From: a virus
Direction: 5' to 3' (one strand)
DNA: 37,666 nt
Virus genome (UHGV): UHGV-0324630
Every line of letters begins with the position of its first letter. The first letter of the stretch is position 1. Of the stretch, positions 1 through 6,480 are shown piece by piece. The position numbers and the translations under genes were made by a program. The notes beneath the pieces are model-generated. The model searched no databases, had not been told where the DNA came from, and worked only from the letters and a program-made list of their open reading frames with translations.

Positions 1-44
1 TCACGACACTGCTTATTGCTTTGATTTTATTCTTATCTTTCCCA

Positions 45-99
45 TGGTACCCGGAGCGGGACTTGAACCCGCACAGCGCGAACGCCGAGGGATTTTAAA
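45..99 (-). tRNA. Partial tRNA-Leu (UAA-type) 3' fragment, about 55 nt; probable prophage att core, not an intact tRNA gene
   Basis: Minus-strand reading gives ...TTTAAAATCCCTCGGCGTTCGCGCTGTGCGGGTTCAAGTCCCGCTCCGGGTACCA: long class-II variable arm, T-arm GGTTCAAGTCC, acceptor 3' strand and CCA. Matches my memory of E. coli leuZ from the anticodon loop to the CCA end. The 5' half (acceptor 5' strand, D-arm) is absent; sequence diverges at position 100. Confidence 0.7.
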
Positions 100-119
100 A
101 ACTATCAACCACCATTTAT

Positions 120-139
120 AAATCATAACCTTATGATTT
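120..139. repeat. Perfect inverted repeat AAATCATAA-cc-TTATGATTT between att core and int 3' end
   Basis: Read directly: 9-bp arms, 2-bp spacer. Could be an int terminator hairpin or an arm-type protein-binding site. Confidence 0.4.
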
Positions 140-205
140 TATTAACTTTGAAAATGGCTCTATACAACGCCATTTGAATCTATTGTCACTTTTTATCGCC
201 ACTTT

Positions 206-1207
206 TTACCCTCTATTGTCAAAAGGGTTCAATTCAACAGCAGCCTCTAAATGACCTGGAGCAAAATGCGCATAACGCATAGTCATTTTTATATCGCTAT
301 GCCCCAGTATTTTTTGCAACACAAGAATATTTCCGCCCCGCATCATAAAATGACTGGCAAACGTGTGACGTAGCACATGAGTTAATTGCCCATCAGGAAG
401 CTCGATCTTCGCTCTCTTAATTGCAGCGTCAAAAGCCTCATAACATGGTGAAAATAGCGCTCCTCGTTTTTTAGGAAGCATAGCTTGCAATTGAGGTGAA
501 ATCGGTACAGTGCGGTTCTTCTTTCCTTTAGTTTTAACAAATGTGATTCGACCGGGCAGTACTTGAGATTGCTTTAATCCTTCTGCTTCACTCCACCGAG
601 CACCAGTCGCAAGCCCAATACGGACAACAACCCCCAAATCTTTATTCCGTGACTCATCACACGCAATCAGAAGGCGTTCAATCTCATCTACATACAGAAA
701 CGCCAGTTCCTTTTCTTCCTCACGAAACTTGCGAATACCAGTCAGGGGGTTTTCACCAGACCACTCCCCAAGGCGCTTCAGTTCGGCAAAAACAGCATGT
801 AGATATGACTGCTCGCGATTAACGGTTGCTTCACTAAGTTTTTTCTTCCCCTTGGGATTCCATTCTCCTGATAGCCTTCTTTCCCGATAAGTAGCAAACA
901 TATTTTTGTCAAACTGAGAAGCAAATGGATCTCCCAGCCTGGAACAAATCGCCTCAAGTTTGACTTTGCGCTCTGCACCAGAGGACAAGGTTTTACCGTA
1001 CATCTCAAACCAACGAGCAATCAACTCAGAAAGACGAGGACCAGAACCATCTTGAAACTCGTCTCCAACTCTACTATTCATTAAACGGCGCTCATAAGAG
1101 AGCGCCTCACTTTTTGTCGCAAACTGTTTACGAATGCGTTTTCCCGATGCCCCGTAGGGATAACATTCGCAAAGCCATTTACCTGATGGAATCTTACGAA
1201 CCGACAT
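206..1207 (-). CDS. int: Tyrosine-type site-specific integrase (P2/P4 phage integrase family)
   Basis: 333-aa ORF; C-terminal catalytic region ...LRHTFASHFMMRGGNILVLQKILGHSDIKMTMRYAHF with the R..H..R..Y pattern typical of phage tyrosine recombinases; lies next to the tRNA-derived att core. Confidence 0.92.
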   Translation of the reverse strand: MSVRKIPSGKWLCECYPYGASGKRIRKQFATKSEALSYERRLMNSRVGDEFQDGSGPRLSELIARWFEMYGKTLSSGAERKVKLEAICSRLGDPFASQFDKNMFATYRERRLSGEWNPKGKKKLSEATVNREQSYLHAVFAELKRLGEWSGENPLTGIRKFREEEKELAFLYVDEIERLLIACDESRNKDLGVVVRIGLATGARWSEAEGLKQSQVLPGRITFVKTKGKKNRTVPISPQLQAMLPKKRGALFSPCYEAFDAAIKRAKIELPDGQLTHVLRHTFASHFMMRGGNILVLQKILGHSDIKMTMRYAHFAPGHLEAAVELNPFDNRG

Positions 1208-1212
1208 TTTAG

Positions 1213-1560
1213 TTACTTATCACATAAATCAAATGCAGCCTTAGTGACATCCCCCAGACTCTTTTTTAACCCTGGGGCGGCATCATTATCTAGCCAAAAT
1301 GGATTATTGTTATCTAACGGTAACGCACCAAATGTTTTACCTTTTATTCGAGCCAAACCTGTAAGTGCATATAACTTATTATCGTCAAAATTCATCACAT
1401 AAGGATTACCATCAAGACACTGTAATTGAACCTCATCAGTATTAAATGGCCATACCCCATTGAAACTCTCACGTTCAATAGTTTTAAAAGGCATTGCGAC
1501 GGCGGAAAAAGAAAACATAGATAAAAAAGTAACTAATAGTTGAACCTTTTTTACTTTCAT
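1213..1560 (-). CDS. Small secreted protein with N-terminal signal peptide, function unknown (cargo gene 5 nt upstream of int)
   Basis: 115-aa ORF; N-terminus MKVKKVQLLVTFLSMFSFSAVAMP is signal-peptide-like; two Cys in the mature part; GAGGT RBS 6 nt upstream; stop is 5 nt from the int start codon. Confidence 0.6.
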   Translation of the reverse strand: MKVKKVQLLVTFLSMFSFSAVAMPFKTIERESFNGVWPFNTDEVQLQCLDGNPYVMNFDDNKLYALTGLARIKGKTFGALPLDNNNPFWLDNDAAPGLKKSLGDVTKAAFDLCDK

Positions 1561-1589
1561 ATCATTACCTCAATTTAGCTCAAGTAAGA

Positions 1590-2240
1590 TTACAAATTAA
1601 AAAACGCCCTAGAAATGACACCGCCTACCAAAACCCCTACGCAGATAAAGAATATTATTTCTTTTGGATAAAGTCGGATTAATTCTGAAGCACGAAGTCG
1701 GACTTCTGGTAAGGTCGAACTCTCTGTGTGGCTTGATGCCGATTGTTGCTCTAACCACGACAATGCAGACTGTAACTGAGAACGAGTAAGATCGTTTAAA
1801 CGTCCTGTACCGAAATTGATATGGCAATACCGCAGAAGTTTTTGTCGAAGTCCACAGTCTTCACTGTTACGTAGTAATAAACTTACAAGAGCCTTACAGG
1901 CATCATGATCTTTACATCGCTCAAGCATTGCATGCAGAAAACTCTCCGCTGTTTTATATTGATTTACTGTCATATCATCAATACCAGCTACACCAATCTC
2001 CGCATGTACTTTTTGCCAAATAATAAACGCTTCAGTATTGCTAGCTTCTGCAATAGCAGCAACCAAGCTATTTAGCTCCTTACGCTGAGCCTTAAGCAAA
2101 GGGCGATCGTCATCATCATTATTCGAAGGGATTGCGATATTGACGGTATGAGAACCATCATATCGCTCTATCTGAATATTCTTTTCGTGAAAATCACGCC
2201 CAGCAACGCGATTGTTTGAACCGTTTGAGTTGACGGCCAT
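1590..2240 (-). CDS. Hypothetical protein with C-terminal transmembrane anchor; N-terminus shares an NNR[IV]AGRD[YF] motif with the upstream HTH protein
   Basis: 216-aa ORF; GGAGGTGA RBS; C-terminal hydrophobic stretch IIFFICVGVLVGGVISRAFF; N-terminal NSNGSNNRVAGRDFHE resembles the C-terminal ISGGNNRIAGRDYNE of the ORF at 2256..2660. Confidence 0.6.
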   Translation of the reverse strand: MAVNSNGSNNRVAGRDFHEKNIQIERYDGSHTVNIAIPSNNDDDDRPLLKAQRKELNSLVAAIAEASNTEAFIIWQKVHAEIGVAGIDDMTVNQYKTAESFLHAMLERCKDHDACKALVSLLLRNSEDCGLRQKLLRYCHINFGTGRLNDLTRSQLQSALSWLEQQSASSHTESSTLPEVRLRASELIRLYPKEIIFFICVGVLVGGVISRAFFNL

Positions 2241-2255
2241 GTCACCTCCCTACTA

Positions 2256-2660
2256 TCACCTACCCTTAGTTTCGTTATAGTCACGACCAGCGATACGGTT
2301 ATTACCACCAGAAATATTTAACTCACGTCCTGATGGCTGAGTTTCCTTTTCACTGATCGCACCTTTTAAAGCCCCAATCACCGCGTTTTTCACATCTAAC
2401 GAAGCTGCTCGAAAGCGAGTAATCAATTCCTGCTCATCATCGTTATAAGTTTCAGGTGAGTGAATTCCCAACACAACATACTGAACATCAAGGCCAAAAC
2501 GAGACAGCGCTGCCAAATACGCAGCATCAGGAAAGCTATCTCCTTTCTCATATCTAAGCTGAGTTAGCTTTTTGACTCCACCAATGTCGCTCATGGCAAC
2601 TTGACTAAGTCCCAATCTTTCCCTTTCCTCACGCAACCGCTGACCAATATCATTTTTCAT
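2256..2660 (-). CDS. XRE-family helix-turn-helix transcriptional regulator; probable lysogeny repressor (P2 C / 186 CI functional analogue)
   Basis: 134-aa ORF; N-terminal IGQRLREERERLGLSQVAMSDIGGVKKLTQLRYEKG is a typical XRE HTH; transcribed divergently from the RHH/Cox-like genes and toward int, as in P2-like immunity regions. Confidence 0.8.
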   Translation of the reverse strand: MKNDIGQRLREERERLGLSQVAMSDIGGVKKLTQLRYEKGDSFPDAAYLAALSRFGLDVQYVVLGIHSPETYNDDEQELITRFRAASLDVKNAVIGALKGAISEKETQPSGRELNISGGNNRIAGRDYNETKGR

Positions 2661-2669
2661 ACAAAAACC

Positions 2670-2698
2670 TTGACAGGTATCTTTTTTGATACCAAAAT
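2670..2698 (+). promoter_or_regulatory. Candidate rightward early promoter (TTGACA, 17-bp spacer, CAAAAT) with embedded operator-like inverted repeat GGTATC-tttttt-GATACC (2676..2693)
   Basis: Perfect -35 hexamer TTGACA at 2670-2675; weak -10 at 2693-2698; perfect 6-bp inverted repeat occupies the spacer; sits in the 75-bp repressor/RHH intergenic region. Confidence 0.35.
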
Positions 2699-2735
2699 GA
2701 TTTCACGAGCTATTAGATGATCACAATATACCACT

Positions 2736-2942
2736 ATGAAACAAGTTCTTCACGATACCAGATCACGCATTCCGCGTAACACCGCCACAGGTCCAAGACT
2801 GGCACTTCGGCTGTCCCTCGAGGAGCGAGCCGTCATTGATGAAATGGCAGCTAAAGAACAACGCTCATCCTCTAACATGGCGCGCATGATCTTCCTTCGC
2901 GGCCTAGAGCTAACCCAGAAAGAACAAAACAAATCTTCCTGA
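2736..2942 (+). CDS. Ribbon-helix-helix (CopG/Arc-like) small DNA-binding protein, first gene of the rightward early operon
   Basis: 68-aa ORF; RLALRLSLEERAVIDEMAAKEQRSSSNMARMIFLRGLE fits a beta-strand/helix/helix RHH pattern. Confidence 0.65.
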   Translation: MKQVLHDTRSRIPRNTATGPRLALRLSLEERAVIDEMAAKEQRSSSNMARMIFLRGLELTQKEQNKSS

Positions 2943-2958
2943 TCAGGAGGCTAGTGGG

Positions 2959-3162
2959 ATGTCAGGTATAACCATCAATATCAATGTGAATGCCCCCTAT
3001 GTATCCCTGCAGAAATATGCAGAGATAACAGGTATCCCTCTTAATACATGCAAAAAGATGTTGGCTGACGGTCGAATTATTATCCGCCCCAAACGCGCCA
3101 AAATGGAAAAGCCTGAAGTAAACCTTGTGGCGATGTTAAAAGACGCTTTGGCTAACAGCTAA
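2959..3162 (+). CDS. Cox/excisionase-like small HTH DNA-binding protein
   Basis: 67-aa ORF with strong AGGAGG RBS; YVSLQKYAEITGIPLNTCKKMLADGRI resembles the P2 Cox / AlpA-Xis HTH region (from memory). Confidence 0.65.
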   Translation: MSGITININVNAPYVSLQKYAEITGIPLNTCKKMLADGRIIIRPKRAKMEKPEVNLVAMLKDALANS

Positions 3163-3183
3163 AACAATGAACAGAGCACCATC

Positions 3184-3534
3184 ATGAAAAAAAACGCTAA
3201 TAATCCATACTCCAAATTTCGTAATGGCGTAGAACGCCATGTACACCACGTCGCTACCAGTGCATCACGTAGTAACAGTCGCTATAACCTGAACGAGACG
3301 CACGCAACACCGGATGGCCACGCTGTAAAACAAATCGGCGAACATGCCTGGCTGATTGAGAAAGCTGGAATCGTGGTCCACAAATGCCCACACAATCCGT
3401 TTACCGGAAACCGCATTTTTGCATTGAACTGCGGCGACAATCACTTCGGGCAGGATTTCACATTATACGAAGCACTTCGCACGGTTGATCGTCTGCTTCG
3501 CGGGCAAAGTTTTATTAAACAGGCTGATTTATAA
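3184..3534 (+). CDS. Hypothetical early protein
   Basis: 116-aa ORF in the early operon; no motif recognised. Confidence 0.55.
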   Translation: MKKNANNPYSKFRNGVERHVHHVATSASRSNSRYNLNETHATPDGHAVKQIGEHAWLIEKAGIVVHKCPHNPFTGNRIFALNCGDNHFGQDFTLYEALRTVDRLLRGQSFIKQADL

Positions 3535-3544
3535 CAGGTGCTTT

Positions 3545-3824
3545 ATGACCAAAGAGCATGCACAAGGTGTATTTATCCGTTTTATTGATTTTCGCGGTGA
3601 ACTGTTATTACGCGCATCAGCCATTGACGGAGTTGTTCCATCCGAAAAAAAACGCAGCTACTTACGTTTATCTGAACGGTACGCGCCTGACTGTGGAGCT
3701 TCCGTACCAGACCGTACGAGAAATCATTAGCGAAGCTGAAAAGGCACGTCAGGTTAATGGCGATGAACCCTATATCGAAATTATTTGTATGGATTCAGAA
3801 GCTGAAATTCAGAAAGCAGATTAA
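3545..3824 (+). CDS. Hypothetical early protein split between two frames at an A8 homopolymer (3645..3652); frameshifted gene or homopolymer sequencing error
   Basis: Frame A (ATG 3545, RBS AGGTG) reads MTKEHAQGVFIRFIDFRGELLLRASAIDGVVPSEKK then ends at 3730; the +1 frame continues ...NAATYVYLNGTRLTVELPYQTVREIISEAEKARQVNGDEPYIEIICMDSEAEIQKAD to 3824. Removing one A from the A8 run fuses them into a single ~91-aa ORF that fills the gap between flanking genes. Confidence 0.45.
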
Positions 3825-3835
3825 AGGGCGTTGCG

Positions 3836-4078
3836 ATGGGCAAAGAATATAAAACTCTCATTAACAAAGCACTTGAACGATTTTATTTTCGCTTAAGTGC
3901 ATCAGGCGCTCATGCTGAACGTGCAGCCCGTGACTCATTGACCAGGGCAATCCGGAGTTTGTATGACGTTGCTTTTTACGCTGATGATCTGGATGCACTT
4001 AACGAACTTTCCGAGCTGATCTGTGCCGCAGAATGCGGGGAACACATTGAACCATATAAGCTGGGGAATATCGCATGA
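3836..4078 (+). CDS. Hypothetical early protein
   Basis: 80-aa ORF; its stop overlaps the next start (ATGA). Confidence 0.55.
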   Translation: MGKEYKTLINKALERFYFRLSASGAHAERAARDSLTRAIRSLYDVAFYADDLDALNELSELICAAECGEHIEPYKLGNIA

Positions 4079-4188
4079 GTATATTTATCTCATGGCTTGT
4101 TCTGATTATTTCGGTGGCCTGCGCCATTGGGATTATGCGAATTATTCATTCAGTAAAAAAGATTGAACGCTTTTTCACTGACAAATAA
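4075..4188 (+). CDS. Small hydrophobic peptide (37 aa, single predicted TM helix); not in the supplied ORF track
   Basis: ATG at 4075 overlaps the preceding stop (ATGA); translation MSIFISWLVLIISVACAIGIMRIIHSVKKIERFFTDK, stop TAA 4186-4188. Confidence 0.4.
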   Translation: MSIFISWLVLIISVACAIGIMRIIHSVKKIERFFTDK

Positions 4189-4280
4189 CAGCTTAAACAA
4201 AACACCAGATTAAACCCGAAAACCTGAAAACTATCCGCATTCGCGGAGGTATTCGCACACGTAAATAACGGAGATATAAA

Positions 4281-4697
4281 ATGAACGCAAAAGAAAAAAA
4301 TATTATCAATACATTAAAAATAGTGTCAGCAGAGCAAGACAAGCTGTCCAGGGCAGCCCAGAAAGATAATCAACATATGGCAGCGCTTTACGCACTGACC
4401 ATCGCAATAGCCACCTCTGAAGCAGCCAAAGTTATTGAGGAACAGAGCAAAGAAATCGACACTCTTAAAACACAGTCAACAGTTGCAGCCATGAATCCGT
4501 CCAGCATTGGACGCTGCATTTATATTCTTGGTTCAGCAATGATGCTGCAATACACCATTATTGCCGAACTGCACGGCAAATACCTGATAACGCCTTACCA
4601 CACAAAAGAGTCAGAGCTTCTGACAAATCTCCGCCTGATAGAACGCTCTCAAGCTGTATTCATTGATGACGCGCAACGTGCCGTATTTAACGCATAG
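4281..4697 (+). CDS. Hypothetical early protein
   Basis: 138-aa ORF with GGAG RBS. Confidence 0.6.
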   Translation: MNAKEKNIINTLKIVSAEQDKLSRAAQKDNQHMAALYALTIAIATSEAAKVIEEQSKEIDTLKTQSTVAAMNPSSIGRCIYILGSAMMLQYTIIAELHGKYLITPYHTKESELLTNLRLIERSQAVFIDDAQRAVFNA

Positions 4698-4720
4698 GGT
4701 TACTGGACAAAGGGGGCGCA

Positions 4721-4924
4721 ATGGCAATTAAGCATTTTCCCGTCGTTCGCTTTACCTCCAGAGGGCGCGAATACGAGGTCGACGAACGCCTGATTACCAC
4801 TATCGACAAACATCGTTCGGAAAAGGATGCACACCACATCTACCTCACTGACGGCACTTACTTCTGCGCCACCAACGTGGCGCGAGTAAATCTTATCCGA
4901 CAGGTACAGGAGCCACGCAGATGA
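4721..4924 (+). CDS. Hypothetical small protein
   Basis: 67-aa ORF, AAGGGGG RBS, translationally coupled (ATGA) to the next gene. Confidence 0.55.
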   Translation: MAIKHFPVVRFTSRGREYEVDERLITTIDKHRSEKDAHHIYLTDGTYFCATNVARVNLIRQVQEPRR

Positions 4925-5187
4925 CCATTCTGGACTACATCGCTACTCATCCGGGGTGTAGCGGCGGAGAGATCGCCGCAGCACTGAATACCCCAACCAC
5001 AGCCATTAATGCTGAGTTACGCCGACTTTGGCGCGGCGGCTTAGTCATCAGAACAAACCGCAGCACAGGTGGTCGCGCTCGCAAAACAGGAGGCAAGGCT
5101 TCTTACCACGTAAACCCGATGCCGTTCGGGTGTAGCAATCCACTTACTCACATGTTTAACCAGCTACTGAAGGAAGCCAGAGCATGA
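4921..5187 (+). CDS. Small winged-helix-like DNA-binding protein (putative)
   Basis: 88-aa ORF; ILDYIATHPGCSGGEIAAALNTPTTAINAELRRLWRGGLVIR resembles a winged-helix recognition unit; ATGA coupling on both sides. Confidence 0.55.
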   Translation: MTILDYIATHPGCSGGEIAAALNTPTTAINAELRRLWRGGLVIRTNRSTGGRARKTGGKASYHVNPMPFGCSNPLTHMFNQLLKEARA

Positions 5188-5483
5188 GCACCATCAACCA
5201 CCAGAAGCTACGCGAACTGGCATTTGCCCTGCAACGAATGGCAACGCCTCAAAAATTACTGGCATTTCGCGCAATGCTCTCGCCGTCTGCTGTGCTGGCA
5301 CTGCTGGATCAGCTGGAGCACGCCAGAACCACGGCTCCAGCCATTCGCCTCACGCTCCATCATGAAATCGCTGATTTCTGCGCAACGCTGGGGGCACCTG
5401 GCGAACCGGAAACGCCGGAAGCAATGCAGCAAGAGCTGCTGCAACGCATCGATAACGTTTTTGATTTTTTTCTGAACCAGTAA
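5184..5483 (+). CDS. Hypothetical early protein
   Basis: 99-aa ORF, ATGA-coupled to the upstream gene. Confidence 0.55.
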   Translation: MSTINHQKLRELAFALQRMATPQKLLAFRAMLSPSAVLALLDQLEHARTTAPAIRLTLHHEIADFCATLGAPGEPETPEAMQQELLQRIDNVFDFFLNQ

Positions 5484-5605
5484 GAAACCAGAACATGCAC
5501 ACACAAAAAAACCGCTTGCCATGCCGCAATCGGTCAGGTTACATTTCCGCTGCACCTCATAAAACGGGTGCCGGGATTCTCAACCCGATACAGAGCAAAG
5601 CGCAT

Positions 5606-5626
5606 AACCGCGCTAGCGGTTTTTTT
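5606..5626 (+). terminator. Intrinsic terminator-like hairpin (AACCGC-gcta-GCGGTT followed by a T-run)
   Basis: GC-rich 6-bp stem, 4-nt loop, then about 7 T; 123 nt downstream of the stop at 5483. Confidence 0.5.
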
Positions 5627-5805
5627 GTGCGTACTGTATTGCCACGTCTTTTTCGCGTCAGAATTATGGCGGGGCGTACGGGGCCGACTTCGGTCGGGCC
5701 GGATTCTTTGCTCTCCGGTGTTGAGAACCCTGTACGTCTCGCCACCCCGAGATTCTCAACTCTGGATGGTGAGTTATTTCTATCACCGAGCAAAGAGGCC
5801 ACACC

Positions 5806-6036
5806 ATGGCAGACCGCAAACAGCACCGCGCTATCGCGGAGCGTCGTCACATCCAGACTGAAATCAACCGCAGACTTTCCCGCGCATCACGCGTCGCGCA
5901 AATCATGCACATCAATATGCTGCATGAGCGCAGCCACGCACTATCAAACATTTATTCCGCCTCTGTTTTCAGCTATCTGGCGGATGATCTGCACGAGTTT
6001 CAACAGCTCATCCAGCAGCAAAACAAACTCCATTAA
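5806..6036 (+). CDS. Hypothetical small basic protein upstream of the replication genes
   Basis: 76-aa ORF with AAGAGG RBS 7 nt upstream. Confidence 0.55.
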   Translation: MADRKQHRAIAERRHIQTEINRRLSRASRVAQIMHINMLHERSHALSNIYSASVFSYLADDLHEFQQLIQQQNKLH

Positions 6037-6108
6037 TTCCTGTTCCGGGCCTTTCCTGCACCTTGCGGCGGGAGGCCTTCGCACATCTGTAACAAGAGGA
6101 TTGCCGCA

Positions 6109-6474
6109 ATGATTCTCGCCAACGACTTTCTTGAATACCTGCTCAACACAGAACGTGATCTTGCCGCTCGCGTGCGTGATCGTTATGACATGTACCTGAA
6201 ATCCCTGCCTGTACCGCAGCTCGCTGACGGAAAGATTGTTATTGATGGTCGCTACATGATTGACAGCCACGAGGGAAATTACAGGCTTTACCGCATTGAA
6301 GGTGGCACCCCGACCGTTATTGGCATTTACCAGCGCCCATCCTCTGCAATCGTCGATGTGATTGCCGACAGCATCCGCATCACACATCGCCATGCCGACA
6401 CAGAAGACACCGTGCTGGAAATTCAGCGGCTGGCTACAGCCTGCCGCGACACCCTGAATGGCATGACGAAGTAA
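6109..6474 (+). CDS. Hypothetical protein preceding gpA
   Basis: 121-aa ORF with AGAGGA RBS. Confidence 0.6.
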   Translation: MILANDFLEYLLNTERDLAARVRDRYDMYLKSLPVPQLADGKIVIDGRYMIDSHEGNYRLYRIEGGTPTVIGIYQRPSSAIVDVIADSIRITHRHADTEDTVLEIQRLATACRDTLNGMTK

Positions 6475-6480
6475 ATCACT

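Noticed and set aside
45-131. Intact tRNA-Leu gene
   Set aside because: Only the 3' ~55 nt match; the expected 5' acceptor strand and D-arm are absent, and the sequence beyond position 99 is AT-rich phage arm DNA.
5495-6112. 205-aa plus-strand ORF spanning the structured non-coding region and the 5806..6036 gene in another frame
   Set aside because: Translation is low-complexity and repeat-derived; the region is better explained by RNA/DNA structural elements plus the RBS-preceded 76-aa gene.
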